Notes under the pieces: model-generated
The model's database searches: none
Told to the model about the DNA's origin: nothing
The model's input: only the letters and a program-made list of their open reading frames with translations
Made by a program: the position numbers and the translations under genes
NCBI GenBank assembly: GCA_051117555.1
Contig: JBNPEG010000048.1
Coordinates: forward strand, 33,455 to 97,454
DNA from: Elainellaceae cyanobacterium
Lineage (GTDB): Bacteria; Cyanobacteriota; Cyanobacteriia; CAZCXK01
Length of the DNA stretch: 64,000 bases
Direction: 5' to 3'
Shown: one piece after another, positions 1-9,788 of the stretch
Layout of the letters: each line of letters begins with the position of its first letter
Numbering within the stretch: position 1 is the first letter of the stretch

Positions 1-306
1 AGAAAGCATTCCCCCTCGCGTTGAGCCCAGCGTGTTGGACGAATCACCCAGCGAACCGGATTATGAGGCTGAAGAATCTGGTGCTGAGATGTCTGACGAG
101 CCCGCTAGCGAGATGACGGGTGAAGAAAGCATTCCCCCTCGCGTTGAGCCCAGCGTGTTGGACGAATCACCCAGCGAACCGGATTATGAGGCTGAAGAAT
201 CTGGTGCTGAGATGTCTGACGAGCCCGCTAGCGAGATGACGGGTGAAGAAGGTATTCCCCCTCGCGTTGAGCCCAGCGTGTTAGACGAGTCACCCAGCGA
301 ACCCGA
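1..306 (+). repeat. 123-bp coding tandem repeat, about 2.5 copies visible
   Basis: Units start at 1, 124 and 247; copies 1 and 2 are identical, copy 3 is partial with a few substitutions. Confidence 0.95.
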
Positions 307-328
307 TGAGGCTGGCGTCAACAACTAG
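1..328 (+). CDS. 3' end of an acidic, Ser/Pro/Glu-rich repeat protein (gene starts before the window)
   Basis: Open frame from the window edge to TAG at 326-328; built from 41-aa repeats (LDESPSEPDYEAEESGAEMSDEPASEMTGEESIPPRVEPSV). Confidence 0.7.
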   Translation, partial: ESIPPRVEPSVLDESPSEPDYEAEESGAEMSDEPASEMTGEESIPPRVEPSVLDESPSEPDYEAEESGAEMSDEPASEMTGEEGIPPRVEPSVLDESPSEPDEAGVNN

Positions 329-1329
329 TTTGACTTTGATGGCCTGTTGATAAAAGATTTGCCATTCTGCCGTCTACTTGCAGAATGAGCATCTATTTCT
401 GCTCGTCGTAATCGCAGTTGGATGTCTTCTAGCATCTTGCGGTTAACGGCGAGCAGATCTGCAATGAGCCCCAATATCCAAAGCTGAACGCCAATTAGAA
501 TTAAAATAGCGGCCAAAATCAGGCTTGGAGCGCGGGCACGAGTTGGATCGTCAAAGAAGAAAAGAATCAGCCAGCGCAGACACAACAGCGCTCCCATCCC
601 GAATGGAACGCCGCCCAACATTGCAAAGAATCGCATTGGTCGATAGACCATAAAGATGCGAATAATCGTCAAAATTGATCGGCGCAAGTACGACGGAATG
701 CTTTTCACCAGACGAGACGGGCGTAAATAGCCATTCGTTTGGATGGGAATAGACGTAATCGCCATGCCTTTTTGCCCAGCCTGAATAATCGTCTCTAGGG
801 TATACGTATATTCGTTGAAAACATTCATTTGCATGGCCGCATTGCGGCTAAAGGCACGAAAGCCGCTGGGTGCATCTGGAATTTGGGTGCTGCTAGCTAA
901 TCGAACGACCCAACTTCCAAACCCTTGTAAAAACTTTTTGATGGGCGAAAAGTGCGAAATGTTGCGGATGGGGCGCGCACCGACGACAATCTCTGCCTCG
1001 CCGCATAGGATAGGAGCAATCAGTCGCGGAATGTCGTCGGCACAATATTGATTATCAGCATCCGTATTTACGATGATGTCTGCTCCGGCTCTGAGAGAGG
1101 CTTCTAACCCCGCCATGAAGCCGACTGCTAGCCCTCGATTGTGTTCAAAGCTGACAACATGATCAACCCCATATGCTTCAGCGACCTCAACAGTGCGATC
1201 GCTGCTGCCGTCATTGATAATCAGCCATTCAACTTCGTCAATTCCTGGAATGTGGCGGGGAAGGTCAGCAAGGGTGACCCCCAACGTTTCTTCTTCGTTG
1301 TAGCAAGGAATTTGAATAATCAGTTTCAC
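325..1329 (-). CDS. GT2 glycosyltransferase, polyprenol-phosphate glycosyltransferase (DPM1-like) with two C-terminal TM helices
   Basis: IPCYNEE, INDGSSD, NTDADNQY and DAPSGFRAF motifs; GTG start at 1329 preferred. Confidence 0.9.
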   Translation of the reverse strand: MKLIIQIPCYNEEETLGVTLADLPRHIPGIDEVEWLIINDGSSDRTVEVAEAYGVDHVVSFEHNRGLAVGFMAGLEASLRAGADIIVNTDADNQYCADDIPRLIAPILCGEAEIVVGARPIRNISHFSPIKKFLQGFGSWVVRLASSTQIPDAPSGFRAFSRNAAMQMNVFNEYTYTLETIIQAGQKGMAITSIPIQTNGYLRPSRLVKSIPSYLRRSILTIIRIFMVYRPMRFFAMLGGVPFGMGALLCLRWLILFFFDDPTRARAPSLILAAILILIGVQLWILGLIADLLAVNRKMLEDIQLRLRRAEIDAHSASRRQNGKSFINRPSKSN

Positions 1330-1419
1330 GCCACACCACCTCAACACTCAACGAGTGAGCAGATTCACAGCCTCACTCAGAAATTTTCCAGGTTTCTCTC
1401 AGTTACATTCCACCATGAA

Positions 1420-3018
1420 TTACGGTCTGGTTATTTTCATCAATGGAATGCGTTTGTCTTCAAAAGACTCAATTGTGAAATTGTATACCTCTTGGAGCCG
1501 TTGGATCAGGGTTTCGGTTGGGTAGAACAAAACATAATGGCTGAATCCTTCTGGAATATCAGGCACATTGGGATCGCGCACAAGCTGAAACTTAACGGTA
1601 GGCTCAACGAGATAGCTCAGCGAAATCACATTGCCCATATTGACTGAGCCAGTGCTGCTGATCACGAGAGGGGCAGGCATCTGATTGAGCACGCTGGCGA
1701 TCGCTGGATTAGAGTAGCTAACGACCTTACTCCACCAGGTATCTGCCTGGATAATTATGCTGCCAGAAACAACGCCCGCTGTAATCACAACCACCGTAAT
1801 ACTCTGCCAAATCCATTGCTGAGCCGATCGAGCTCGAATCAGCATCTGGGACAGCAAAAACGCGACTGCAAGCTGTGCCGCCGTGAGCAGCGGCACGAAG
1901 TACCGGGTTTGAGACGATCGCCGCCCTCCCCAAATCAAATCGGGCAAGATTAGAACCAAAGCCGTGATGCCAATCAGCGAAAAAATCAGCACCCAGGCGC
2001 GGCGTGGGGTCGTTCGGCGAAGATAGTAGAGTGCATATCCAACCAAAATCAGCGTCAGCGGAGGCACGATATAGGTATAGATATTATCAATCTGCAACCC
2101 CGGGTCTATAAAATTGCTGCTCAGGTGAAGCCCCCACAGTTTCAGCAGAAATGAGGGCGGAAATGGAATCTCAGTCCATCCCGTTTTGTTGCGAAACTGA
2201 AACCAATTACCGACTAACACTGCAAGCCATGGAGTAAAGGCGATCGCCCCTAGAACACCCGCTATCAGAAAATTTCGTAGCGTCACCGTCCAGCGAAGGC
2301 TGTCAGAAGCAAGCACACAAATCCCGTGTGCTATGACGACTAATGCCGAAAATAGGGATGTATAAAAGCTCAAAATCAGCGTTAGCGTATAGATTCCCCA
2401 GCTTTGCCATGTCTTACCTCGCATGGCTCGTAGCAATGCAGCACATGAGAGCACGGTTACTAGCGTCCACAAACTGTAGTGGCGGGCTTCTTGGGCATAG
2501 AGAATGTGAAACGGCGAAACGGCAAATAGGGCGATCGCCATTCCTCCGACCCTTGCTGAACCAAACAGTTCGAGACATAGCCAGTACAACGCAGGAAATG
2601 TCAGCAGGCTGCTTAATACAGACAAACTGCGAATTGCGGTGACTGAACTGCCAAACAGTTCCATCCAACCCCTCACCATCAAATAGTAAAGCGGGGGATG
2701 TTCTGGATGAGTTGTTAACGCATAGAGTGTGTCATCAATACCTTTCTCAGGATTTAGGCGCTGATAAATTAGCAAATCATCGGCACTCAAGACAGTGCCG
2801 TTAAAAATTTGAGACTCAATTTCATCTCCAACATACCCAGCTGCACGAATCGAGGTGAACACCTCATCGTGCCAATAGACTTTGCCATCGAGGTTAACAA
2901 CACGAAAAAAAATGCCCAGGACTACTAAAACAAAAATCAATCCCCGCAATCCGATTGGTAACGCCCCAAATTGTTTAACCACAGCGTGTCCTAAGTTGAA
3001 TAACCTAATCCGGTTCAT
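1420..3018 (-). CDS. GT-C fold membrane glycosyltransferase (family 39/ArnT/PMT-like)
   Basis: YWHDEVFT, EHPPLYY and QEARHYSL motifs; many hydrophobic segments. Confidence 0.85.
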   Translation of the reverse strand: MNRIRLFNLGHAVVKQFGALPIGLRGLIFVLVVLGIFFRVVNLDGKVYWHDEVFTSIRAAGYVGDEIESQIFNGTVLSADDLLIYQRLNPEKGIDDTLYALTTHPEHPPLYYLMVRGWMELFGSSVTAIRSLSVLSSLLTFPALYWLCLELFGSARVGGMAIALFAVSPFHILYAQEARHYSLWTLVTVLSCAALLRAMRGKTWQSWGIYTLTLILSFYTSLFSALVVIAHGICVLASDSLRWTVTLRNFLIAGVLGAIAFTPWLAVLVGNWFQFRNKTGWTEIPFPPSFLLKLWGLHLSSNFIDPGLQIDNIYTYIVPPLTLILVGYALYYLRRTTPRRAWVLIFSLIGITALVLILPDLIWGGRRSSQTRYFVPLLTAAQLAVAFLLSQMLIRARSAQQWIWQSITVVVITAGVVSGSIIIQADTWWSKVVSYSNPAIASVLNQMPAPLVISSTGSVNMGNVISLSYLVEPTVKFQLVRDPNVPDIPEGFSHYVLFYPTETLIQRLQEVYNFTIESFEDKRIPLMKITRP

Positions 3019-3050
3019 AGCCGATTAGGATGCCCGAATTGTTCCCAAAA

Positions 3051-3144
3051 TATAGCCTTACGCTCTTGCGCTAGGACGCTGAACGTGTGTAGACCCCGCG
3101 CGGCGCGCGGGGTCTACACACAAACCTGAGCCCGTAGGGCCATA
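3051..3144. mobile_element. Short MITE-like element with TATAGC-type ends and a GC-rich palindromic core
   Basis: Ends TATAGCCTTACGCTC / GAGCCCGTAGGGCCATA; core 3085-3121 is an 18-bp perfect inverted repeat around 1 nt. Confidence 0.6.
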
Positions 3145-3780
3145 CATTCCAGCTTACGTGTCCAGAGAAAAATTCCGCGAGATTGAGGACGCATTCATCC
3201 ACTTTGGAGGGTCGTCTATCAAAAGCGGGCAACCAGTCGTCAGCTTACCAACTTAGAATCGACCGGGCACGCGGGCAGTCGTCACAGTTTGACCTTGACA
3301 AAAATCGCATACATCCTAGCAACATTGGACGACAGGGATGCCGTTCTGAAAACTGTTGAGTCTGAGATTCATCCACACTGTGTAAATCAGATCCTTGAAA
3401 ATCCAGAAATTCCCCATACTGTGCCCGACCTTCTGACTCACTTTTCACAGGATACTGAGCCTTAATACCGTTCTCAAGGAAAATGGTTAGGCAGTAGGGA
3501 TGATCTTCGGGGCTGTTGTATAATCGCCTGCGCGAAACTTCATAATGCATATACAAACAGCGCAACACTTGCTAAACGCCACGATAAAGTCTCCGTTACG
3601 ACTCTATTGTGGAAAACGTTGAGTGTCCGTAAACCTCTAGTAAATCAGTGTAAAGAAAATGCAACCTCCTGGACAGGACTGTTCGGGATTGTTGACCTTT
3701 CTCAGCTCAGAATCTCTTATGGAGGAGCATTATCCTGATGCCAAGCATACGGGCGTAGAAGCGCCAGAGCCTTTGTCCTA

Positions 3781-3815
3781 ATTGGCTGACAAACCTTAAA
3801 AACTTGTCAGCCAAT
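3781..3815 (-). terminator. Hairpin downstream of ilvB, possible terminator
   Basis: ATTGGCTGACAA...TTGTCAGCCAAT, 12-bp perfect inverted repeat ~130 nt past the stop codon. Confidence 0.45.
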
Positions 3816-3946
3816 CCGGTCATTCATCGCTGCATGAGTAGATCATAAGATAGACATCTCGCTACTGGCTGACTGCTAGCGGCGGCTTGTATCAATCGAC
3901 CAACTGATGACCGACCGACTAATGACGTTAGCATCCTCTCGGAGCG

Positions 3947-5878
3947 TTAGAGCTTTGTGCCACACGATGGACAAAAGCGATGAGCAGGCGAATTTGATGT
4001 TCCGCAATTGCTGCATTCAACCGGCTCACTTGCCTTGATGATTTGCGGTTGCTCGGGCAAACCAATCATCTGAGCATTGCTCTTACCGGGAGCTACCATC
4101 GGATAGCAGTTTTCGTCCTTCTTGACCCACGCATCAACTAAAACCGGCCCCTCATGAGCCAGCATTTCGGCAACAGCGTCTTTGAGCTTGGAGCGATCGC
4201 GAATCAGCATTCCCTTAATCCCAAATGCTTCTGCGAGCGTGACAAAATTGGGCATTCCAACCTGCATGTTGGATGACGAGTAGCGCTCACCAAAAAAGGT
4301 TTGCTGCCATTGGCGTACCATGCCTTGCCAGCCGTTATTAATGATCACGGTCTTAACATTGATACCGTACTGGGCAAGCGTGGCTAGCTCTTGCAGATTC
4401 ATCTGAAAGCTAGCATCTCCGCTAATACAGATCACCTGTTCATCCGGCAATGCCACCTTGACTCCCATGGCGGCAGGCATCCCATAGCCCATCGTTCCAA
4501 GCCCTGCACTCGAAATCCATCGACGTGGCCCATTCTTCAAAAACTGCGCTGCCCACATCTGATGCTGTCCAACGTCGGTTGTGTAATAGGCATCAGGGGC
4601 TTGGCGACCTATTTCAAAGATAACTTCTTGAGGAGCTAGAGATTCTGGATAGGACGGGACAACGAGAGGGTAGTCATGTCGCCATCGGTTGATGCGCTCA
4701 AGCCATGCCGCTGTACGATTGTGCTGAGGAGAAATGCCACCTTCCTCATCGCGCCGCAGTAAGTCACTCAATACTTTGCGGACATCCCCAACAATTGGCA
4801 CCTCTGGAGCCCGATTTTTGCCCACTTCCGCCGGGTCAATGTCGATGTGAATAACTTTGGCACGCGAGGCAAACTCATCGAGCTTACCCGTTACGCGGTC
4901 ATCAAACCGGGCGCCTACCGCAATCAGCAAATCACATTCGCTCACGGCAAAATTGGCATACGCGGTTCCATGCATTCCTAACATGCCAACAGAGAGGGGG
5001 TGCTTTTCGTCAAATGCGCCTTTCCCCATCAGCGTTGTCGTAACCGGAATATTAAAACGCTCTGCCAACATCTTGATTTCGAAATGGGCTCCGGCTGTAA
5101 TTGCACCACCCCCCACATACAGCAAGGGGCTTTCAGCATCTCGAATCAATTTGAGTGCTTGAATCAGCTGGCGCGGATTGCCTTTAATCGTAGGACGATA
5201 CCCAGGAAGCTTAATAGCTCCAGGCTCAACAGGCACATAATCAAATTCTTCTAAGCCGACGTCTTTAGGCACATCGATTAAGACTGGACCTGGGCGACCT
5301 GACTGAGCGATATAAAACGCCTCCGCAACGATTCTTGCCATGTTAGCCGGATCGCGGACAACGTACGAATGCTTCACAATCGGGAGCGTAATCCCAAAAA
5401 TATCTGTTTCTTGAAAGGCGTCGCTGCCAATTGCGGAACGAGTCACTTGCCCTGTCACAACAACCAGTGGAATCGAATCCATTTGGGCAGTTGCGATGCC
5501 GGTGACTAGGTTGGTCGCTCCGGGACCCGATGTTCCAAAACACACGCCAACTTTACCGGTAGCCCGCGCATAACCATCCGCAGCGTGTGAGGCTCCCTGT
5601 TCGTGGCGAACCAGGATGTGTTGCAAGTCGCCCGCTGCTTCTGCTCGATAGAGTTCGTCATAAATTGGCAGAATTGCGCCTCCTGGATAGCCAAAGATAT
5701 GGGTTACCCCATGTCGTTTTAGGCTGTCAATCAGGGCATATGAACCAGTTGCCCGAACCGGAGCTCCGATCTGGGGAGATGATGGATTGGATGATGCATG
5801 TAAAGGCGTATGCTCTGATGCTAGAGCAATGCCGGACGAGTTAGGAGTTTGGGAATTAAGAGGAAAAGCTTCGCGCAT
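3947..5878 (-). CDS. ilvB: Acetolactate synthase large subunit (biosynthetic) with C-terminal zinc ribbon
   Basis: [30 protein letters not shown] and the GDASFQMN ThDP motif; C-terminal CSNC...CPSC. Confidence 0.97.
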   Translation of the reverse strand: MREAFPLNSQTPNSSGIALASEHTPLHASSNPSSPQIGAPVRATGSYALIDSLKRHGVTHIFGYPGGAILPIYDELYRAEAAGDLQHILVRHEQGASHAADGYARATGKVGVCFGTSGPGATNLVTGIATAQMDSIPLVVVTGQVTRSAIGSDAFQETDIFGITLPIVKHSYVVRDPANMARIVAEAFYIAQSGRPGPVLIDVPKDVGLEEFDYVPVEPGAIKLPGYRPTIKGNPRQLIQALKLIRDAESPLLYVGGGAITAGAHFEIKMLAERFNIPVTTTLMGKGAFDEKHPLSVGMLGMHGTAYANFAVSECDLLIAVGARFDDRVTGKLDEFASRAKVIHIDIDPAEVGKNRAPEVPIVGDVRKVLSDLLRRDEEGGISPQHNRTAAWLERINRWRHDYPLVVPSYPESLAPQEVIFEIGRQAPDAYYTTDVGQHQMWAAQFLKNGPRRWISSAGLGTMGYGMPAAMGVKVALPDEQVICISGDASFQMNLQELATLAQYGINVKTVIINNGWQGMVRQWQQTFFGERYSSSNMQVGMPNFVTLAEAFGIKGMLIRDRSKLKDAVAEMLAHEGPVLVDAWVKKDENCYPMVAPGKSNAQMIGLPEQPQIIKASEPVECSNCGTSNSPAHRFCPSCGTKL

Positions 5879-6230
5879 GGTGTCTCAGATGAGAACGGAT
5901 CTGTATCTAATGATGCAATCAGCAATTAATATTACAGTCTAGTGTCCATGCTATCTCCTGTCGAGAGGTAATTTATCGGTCTAAGCATAGATACTGAATT
6001 TTTCTTAATAGGCAGAAACGGCTAATGCGCTTGTCTTTCAAATACAGGGCATTTTGGAGCTATCACTTTGTCAATGTTTGATGACCTAATGAGACGTTCC
6101 ATCCCAGTGAAATCATATCCAGGGTGTCTCTGAGAACAGACTATTTCTCGGACGAGCTGTTTCTTTCAGCTTTATCTAGAATCAGTCTGTTGCTGGCATG
6201 ATCTGCACGGGCATGAGAACACGATGAATG

Positions 6231-6869
6231 TTAGGAATGTCGTTCAATCAGAGTGGCAATGAAGTTGGCAGCCGTCGTAAAGGTCTGGACTGGATGGGGC
6301 GCAGCATGTGAGGTCAGTGGGCAAGACCGAATTAGTGAATGAAGAGGATTATTGGATAGATGGGAGGGGTGAATCCACCATCCTAGAGCAGACTGGGGCG
6401 ATCGCCACAGGTCTAGATGCGACACGGCGGGGTCAGCATAGAAGCTATCGCTGCCGCTTCCGAGGCATGCAGAACTCCAATGGGTCGTGTAATCGTGGCT
6501 GATTCGATAAATCGGAAAATTTCCCCACAGAGGCACACCCCAGCCATCCATTGCGATGAGCGCTTTAACATTTCCCCCGCACTGCTGCCATGCCAGCGCT
6601 GCGCCGATTGCAGCAACCGATCCAGCGCTGAAACTGATGAACGTCAGCGACGGATAGCGGAGAGATGGACGGGTGGCAGAGTCGGTCAAAGGACTCATTG
6701 GAAATACATTCGCGCGATCGCGCAACCATTGAAATAGATGAACGGCTGAATAGGCAGGATAGCGATCGGTCGGAAATACCCAAGAGTGCCCCAGCGTATC
6801 ATTCAGGTCTTCGATAAAGCATTGAGTAAGCTTAGTGTCATGAATTCCGGGGCATAAAACGATAGTCAT
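6231..6869 (-). CDS. Hypothetical protein, alpha/beta-hydrolase-like
   Basis: 212-aa ORF with FISFSAG nucleophile-elbow-like motif and DGWGVPL. Confidence 0.7.
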   Translation of the reverse strand: MTIVLCPGIHDTKLTQCFIEDLNDTLGHSWVFPTDRYPAYSAVHLFQWLRDRANVFPMSPLTDSATRPSLRYPSLTFISFSAGSVAAIGAALAWQQCGGNVKALIAMDGWGVPLWGNFPIYRISHDYTTHWSSACLGSGSDSFYADPAVSHLDLWRSPQSALGWWIHPSHLSNNPLHSLIRSCPLTSHAAPHPVQTFTTAANFIATLIERHS

Positions 6870-7632
6870 ATTAATGAATGCGTTGCACTAAGACTATTGA
6901 AAGGGCCTACAGGGGCTTTAAAGAATCGAGATGCGCCCGCGATCGCCTCATCTTATATGACATTTAGGCTTGACTTCGTCTGGGATTGCTATATGTCATT
7001 AGGTAGATTAAATATCTTGACTTCTTCCAATTTGAATAAATCTATCAACCCAGGGGTTAAATTAACACCTGAGACATTCATAAAAACTCATTTATTTAAT
7101 AGTCTATACTCATCATTTTTCGCAGGCGATTTATATTTTTGGATCGCTGCTTCCAAAGCCAGATCAACCGTCAATATTCAGATAGACCCCGATTCCTATA
7201 CTAATGTCAACTCAGGCAGGTATTACTATAAATGCCTGAAATGCCTATCCAGCAAGGACTATAGCCTATTTGACTGAATATAAAGTTATGAAAACAAAGC
7301 GTAAACTTTTGATGAGTTCTCTTACTATTCGTCTTGGAGGCACGCGATAATACTCCTAGATAAAGCCTTTGTAAATTCTCAGCAAAGCTTTCTAAAAAAC
7401 CGCCAAACTCCAAAGAAATTCAACAGTTATTTATTCCCTCTTTGAAGAACGACATCAGAGAATTTTCTCTTGAAATTAGGAGGGTCTCACTAAATTATCA
7501 GGGTTGCTAAGGGTTTGCTCAAATCTGCCTCTTAGAGGCTCATGATTATGGATTTAGTCTTCGCTGGGCGATCGCCCATTGCGATGGAGTTTGGCATCAG
7601 AAAATTTTTGAAATAGGGTTGGGTGAATAGTA

Positions 7633-7992
7633 ATGTCAAAAACAATTATTAACTTGTCATTGCCGCTGGTTGTTCAGGAAACTGAGAGTATTTTGGAAAC
7701 ATATCCTCATCATCCGTATCAGCAAGCATTTTCGATCCCAGATTTGCGGCAACGGCTTATTTGTTACGTCTTGAGTCGAATGCCGGGGATGTATACAGTC
7801 GTTGACGATACCACACCAAAACCAGTGGATACAGAGTCGATGTGTTCGTCATTAGAGGGGCAAAAGCTAAAGCTTGAATCGTTAATTCGCCAAGGGATTC
7901 AATCTATCTTAGACGACGATTCTGAGTGGGTTGATCATCACATTCCTGCCCAAGAAGACCCCGCATTAGCGCCGTCCCATTGGTTCGGGTAA
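7633..7992 (+). CDS. ComFB (late competence development) family protein
   Basis: YPHHPYQQAF...LICYVLSRMPGMY pattern and PSHWFG end, typical of cyanobacterial ComFB-like proteins. Confidence 0.75.
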   Translation: MSKTIINLSLPLVVQETESILETYPHHPYQQAFSIPDLRQRLICYVLSRMPGMYTVVDDTTPKPVDTESMCSSLEGQKLKLESLIRQGIQSILDDDSEWVDHHIPAQEDPALAPSHWFG

Positions 7993-8144
7993 CAATTGGC
8001 GGGTATTGCGATCAAAGAGTTCGGTTCCAAGGGTATTCGGAAACAGGGGCAGCCAGTTATCTTCTTTATAGAGGTAAAGATGTGATCCATCTAAAAACCT
8101 CTCAATCTTTTGAAGAACTGGAACCTGTTACGGGGTGGATATCG

Positions 8145-9788
8145 GTGTATAAGCAGTACCTACCAACCCTCAGCGAAATTATTGCTCTCGGTGAGCCCGT
8201 TCAGCACGGGGGTCGGTCAACTGATGTCTCTGACCGAGGCGAACGAGAGTGGTATGGGGCGATCGCTGCTTTAAATCTTTTATTGCAGCAATCTATTGAG
8301 CCTGACTCGAAGACCATTCCAAATGGTGCGACATTGCCGACCGAGGGAGTGGTCTTATCAGGTCCTCTCCCGGTATTGATGTATCCAGACGTGGTGACAC
8401 GGTTTTCCACGTGGACGCTGACTGTGGGAGATTTCCCATCGGATGCATGGTCACCGTTGCAGCTTTTACCTGCACCAGATGCAACCGTCACGTCATCCGC
8501 CTCATCGACCCTACCCCTATTGCCCCAAGATCCCCTGGCTCAAGAGCAGTTTTGCCTCGTATTGACGCCAGAGTTTAGCGTAGTGATGACGCTTCAAGAT
8601 AGCGTCAATCACCCTCCTGCTTTTCAGTTCTCATTCACTCCGGATATCGTTTGGCAAGCGTGGCGATCGCTACGGTCACGTTTGCAACTGACAGCTCCCC
8701 ACATTGTTGGGCGACTCACTCAGCTAGTCGAACAATTCGCTCCGGTTGTTCCAAACTATCGAACCGTGGCAGACTTCACGCGGCTCATGTTAGATCATTT
8801 GCCTGAACCTAGTGAGTGGAAGACAGAAGCAAAGGTTCGTCATGCCGAGCGGTGGCGATTAAATACGCTCCAAAATGTCAGGCAGACCTCATTAAAAAAT
8901 CGAAACCGGGGTGAACGCTTCAAGTTAAGATCGCTGTTGAACTATGACAGCCATCGCACCCAGCCTGAATCAGCGCATTCAGACAACGGTTCCATAGCAG
9001 CCGATACATCCTTAGAAGAATTTACTAAACCTCGCTCTAATTCTGACGCTGAGCTGCTGCAAGCGATCGCCCACGAAGTCCGCACGCCACTAACCACGAT
9101 TCGCACCTTGACTCGGCTCCTATTAAGGCGCAAAGATTTAAAGCCCGACGCCGTGCGGCGACTCGAAATGATTGATCGAGAATGCACTAAGCAAATCGAC
9201 CGCTTCACGCTAATCTTTCGCGCTGTTGAGCTTGAGACAAAATCAACTCAACAACTCAGCCCTCTTGCCAAAATCTCTTTAGCTCAAGTATTTCAGCAGA
9301 CTATTCCGCGATGGCAGCAACAGGCTGAGCAGCACAACTTGACTCTCGATGTCGTGTTGCCTCAAACATTGCCGATGGTCATGAGTGATCCCATTATTTT
9401 GGATCAGATCCTAACCGGGCTAATTGATCGAATTACCAGCACCCTGCCGTCCGGAAGCCAGATTCAGGTTCATGTGGTGCCTGCCGGAAATCAGCTCAAG
9501 CTGCAATTTCACTCACGACTGCACCCCTCTCCATCTGATACAGCCGTCACGCAGGTTGCCAATGACTCCCATCCAAACGAGTCGCAGTCAGCCTTTCCAT
9601 CTACGCTCAAGTCGGTCGGGCATCTGTTGATGTTTCAACCCGAAACAGGCAACCTGAGCCTCAATTTGGCAGTTACAAAAAATTTGTTTCATGCCCTTGG
9701 TGGAAAATTGACAGTTCGTCAGCATCCTCAACAGGGTGAAGTACTCACAATTTTCTTGCCACTCGAAAATTCAGGAATCATTGCCTAG
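8145..9788 (+). CDS. Atypical cytoplasmic histidine kinase (Hik34-like): intact H-box, degenerate HATPase
   Basis: AIAHEVRTPLTTIRTL H-box; N, G1 and G2 boxes not canonical (QILTGLIDR; TGNLSLNL); GTG start at 8145 inferred (ORF open from 7980). Confidence 0.8.
   Translation: MYKQYLPTLSEIIALGEPVQHGGRSTDVSDRGEREWYGAIAALNLLLQQSIEPDSKTIPNGATLPTEGVVLSGPLPVLMYPDVVTRFSTWTLTVGDFPSDAWSPLQLLPAPDATVTSSASSTLPLLPQDPLAQEQFCLVLTPEFSVVMTLQDSVNHPPAFQFSFTPDIVWQAWRSLRSRLQLTAPHIVGRLTQLVEQFAPVVPNYRTVADFTRLMLDHLPEPSEWKTEAKVRHAERWRLNTLQNVRQTSLKNRNRGERFKLRSLLNYDSHRTQPESAHSDNGSIAADTSLEEFTKPRSNSDAELLQAIAHEVRTPLTTIRTLTRLLLRRKDLKPDAVRRLEMIDRECTKQIDRFTLIFRAVELETKSTQQLSPLAKISLAQVFQQTIPRWQQQAEQHNLTLDVVLPQTLPMVMSDPIILDQILTGLIDRITSTLPSGSQIQVHVVPAGNQLKLQFHSRLHPSPSDTAVTQVANDSHPNESQSAFPSTLKSVGHLLMFQPETGNLSLNLAVTKNLFHALGGKLTVRQHPQQGEVLTIFLPLENSGIIA

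Noticed and set aside
3245..3568. 107-aa - strand ORF
   Set aside because: No motif or RBS and atypical composition; not supportable.
6897..7413. ORFs 6897..7277 (+) and 7207..7413 (-)
   Set aside because: AT-rich region between divergent genes, weak starts, no recognisable motifs; probably promoter DNA.
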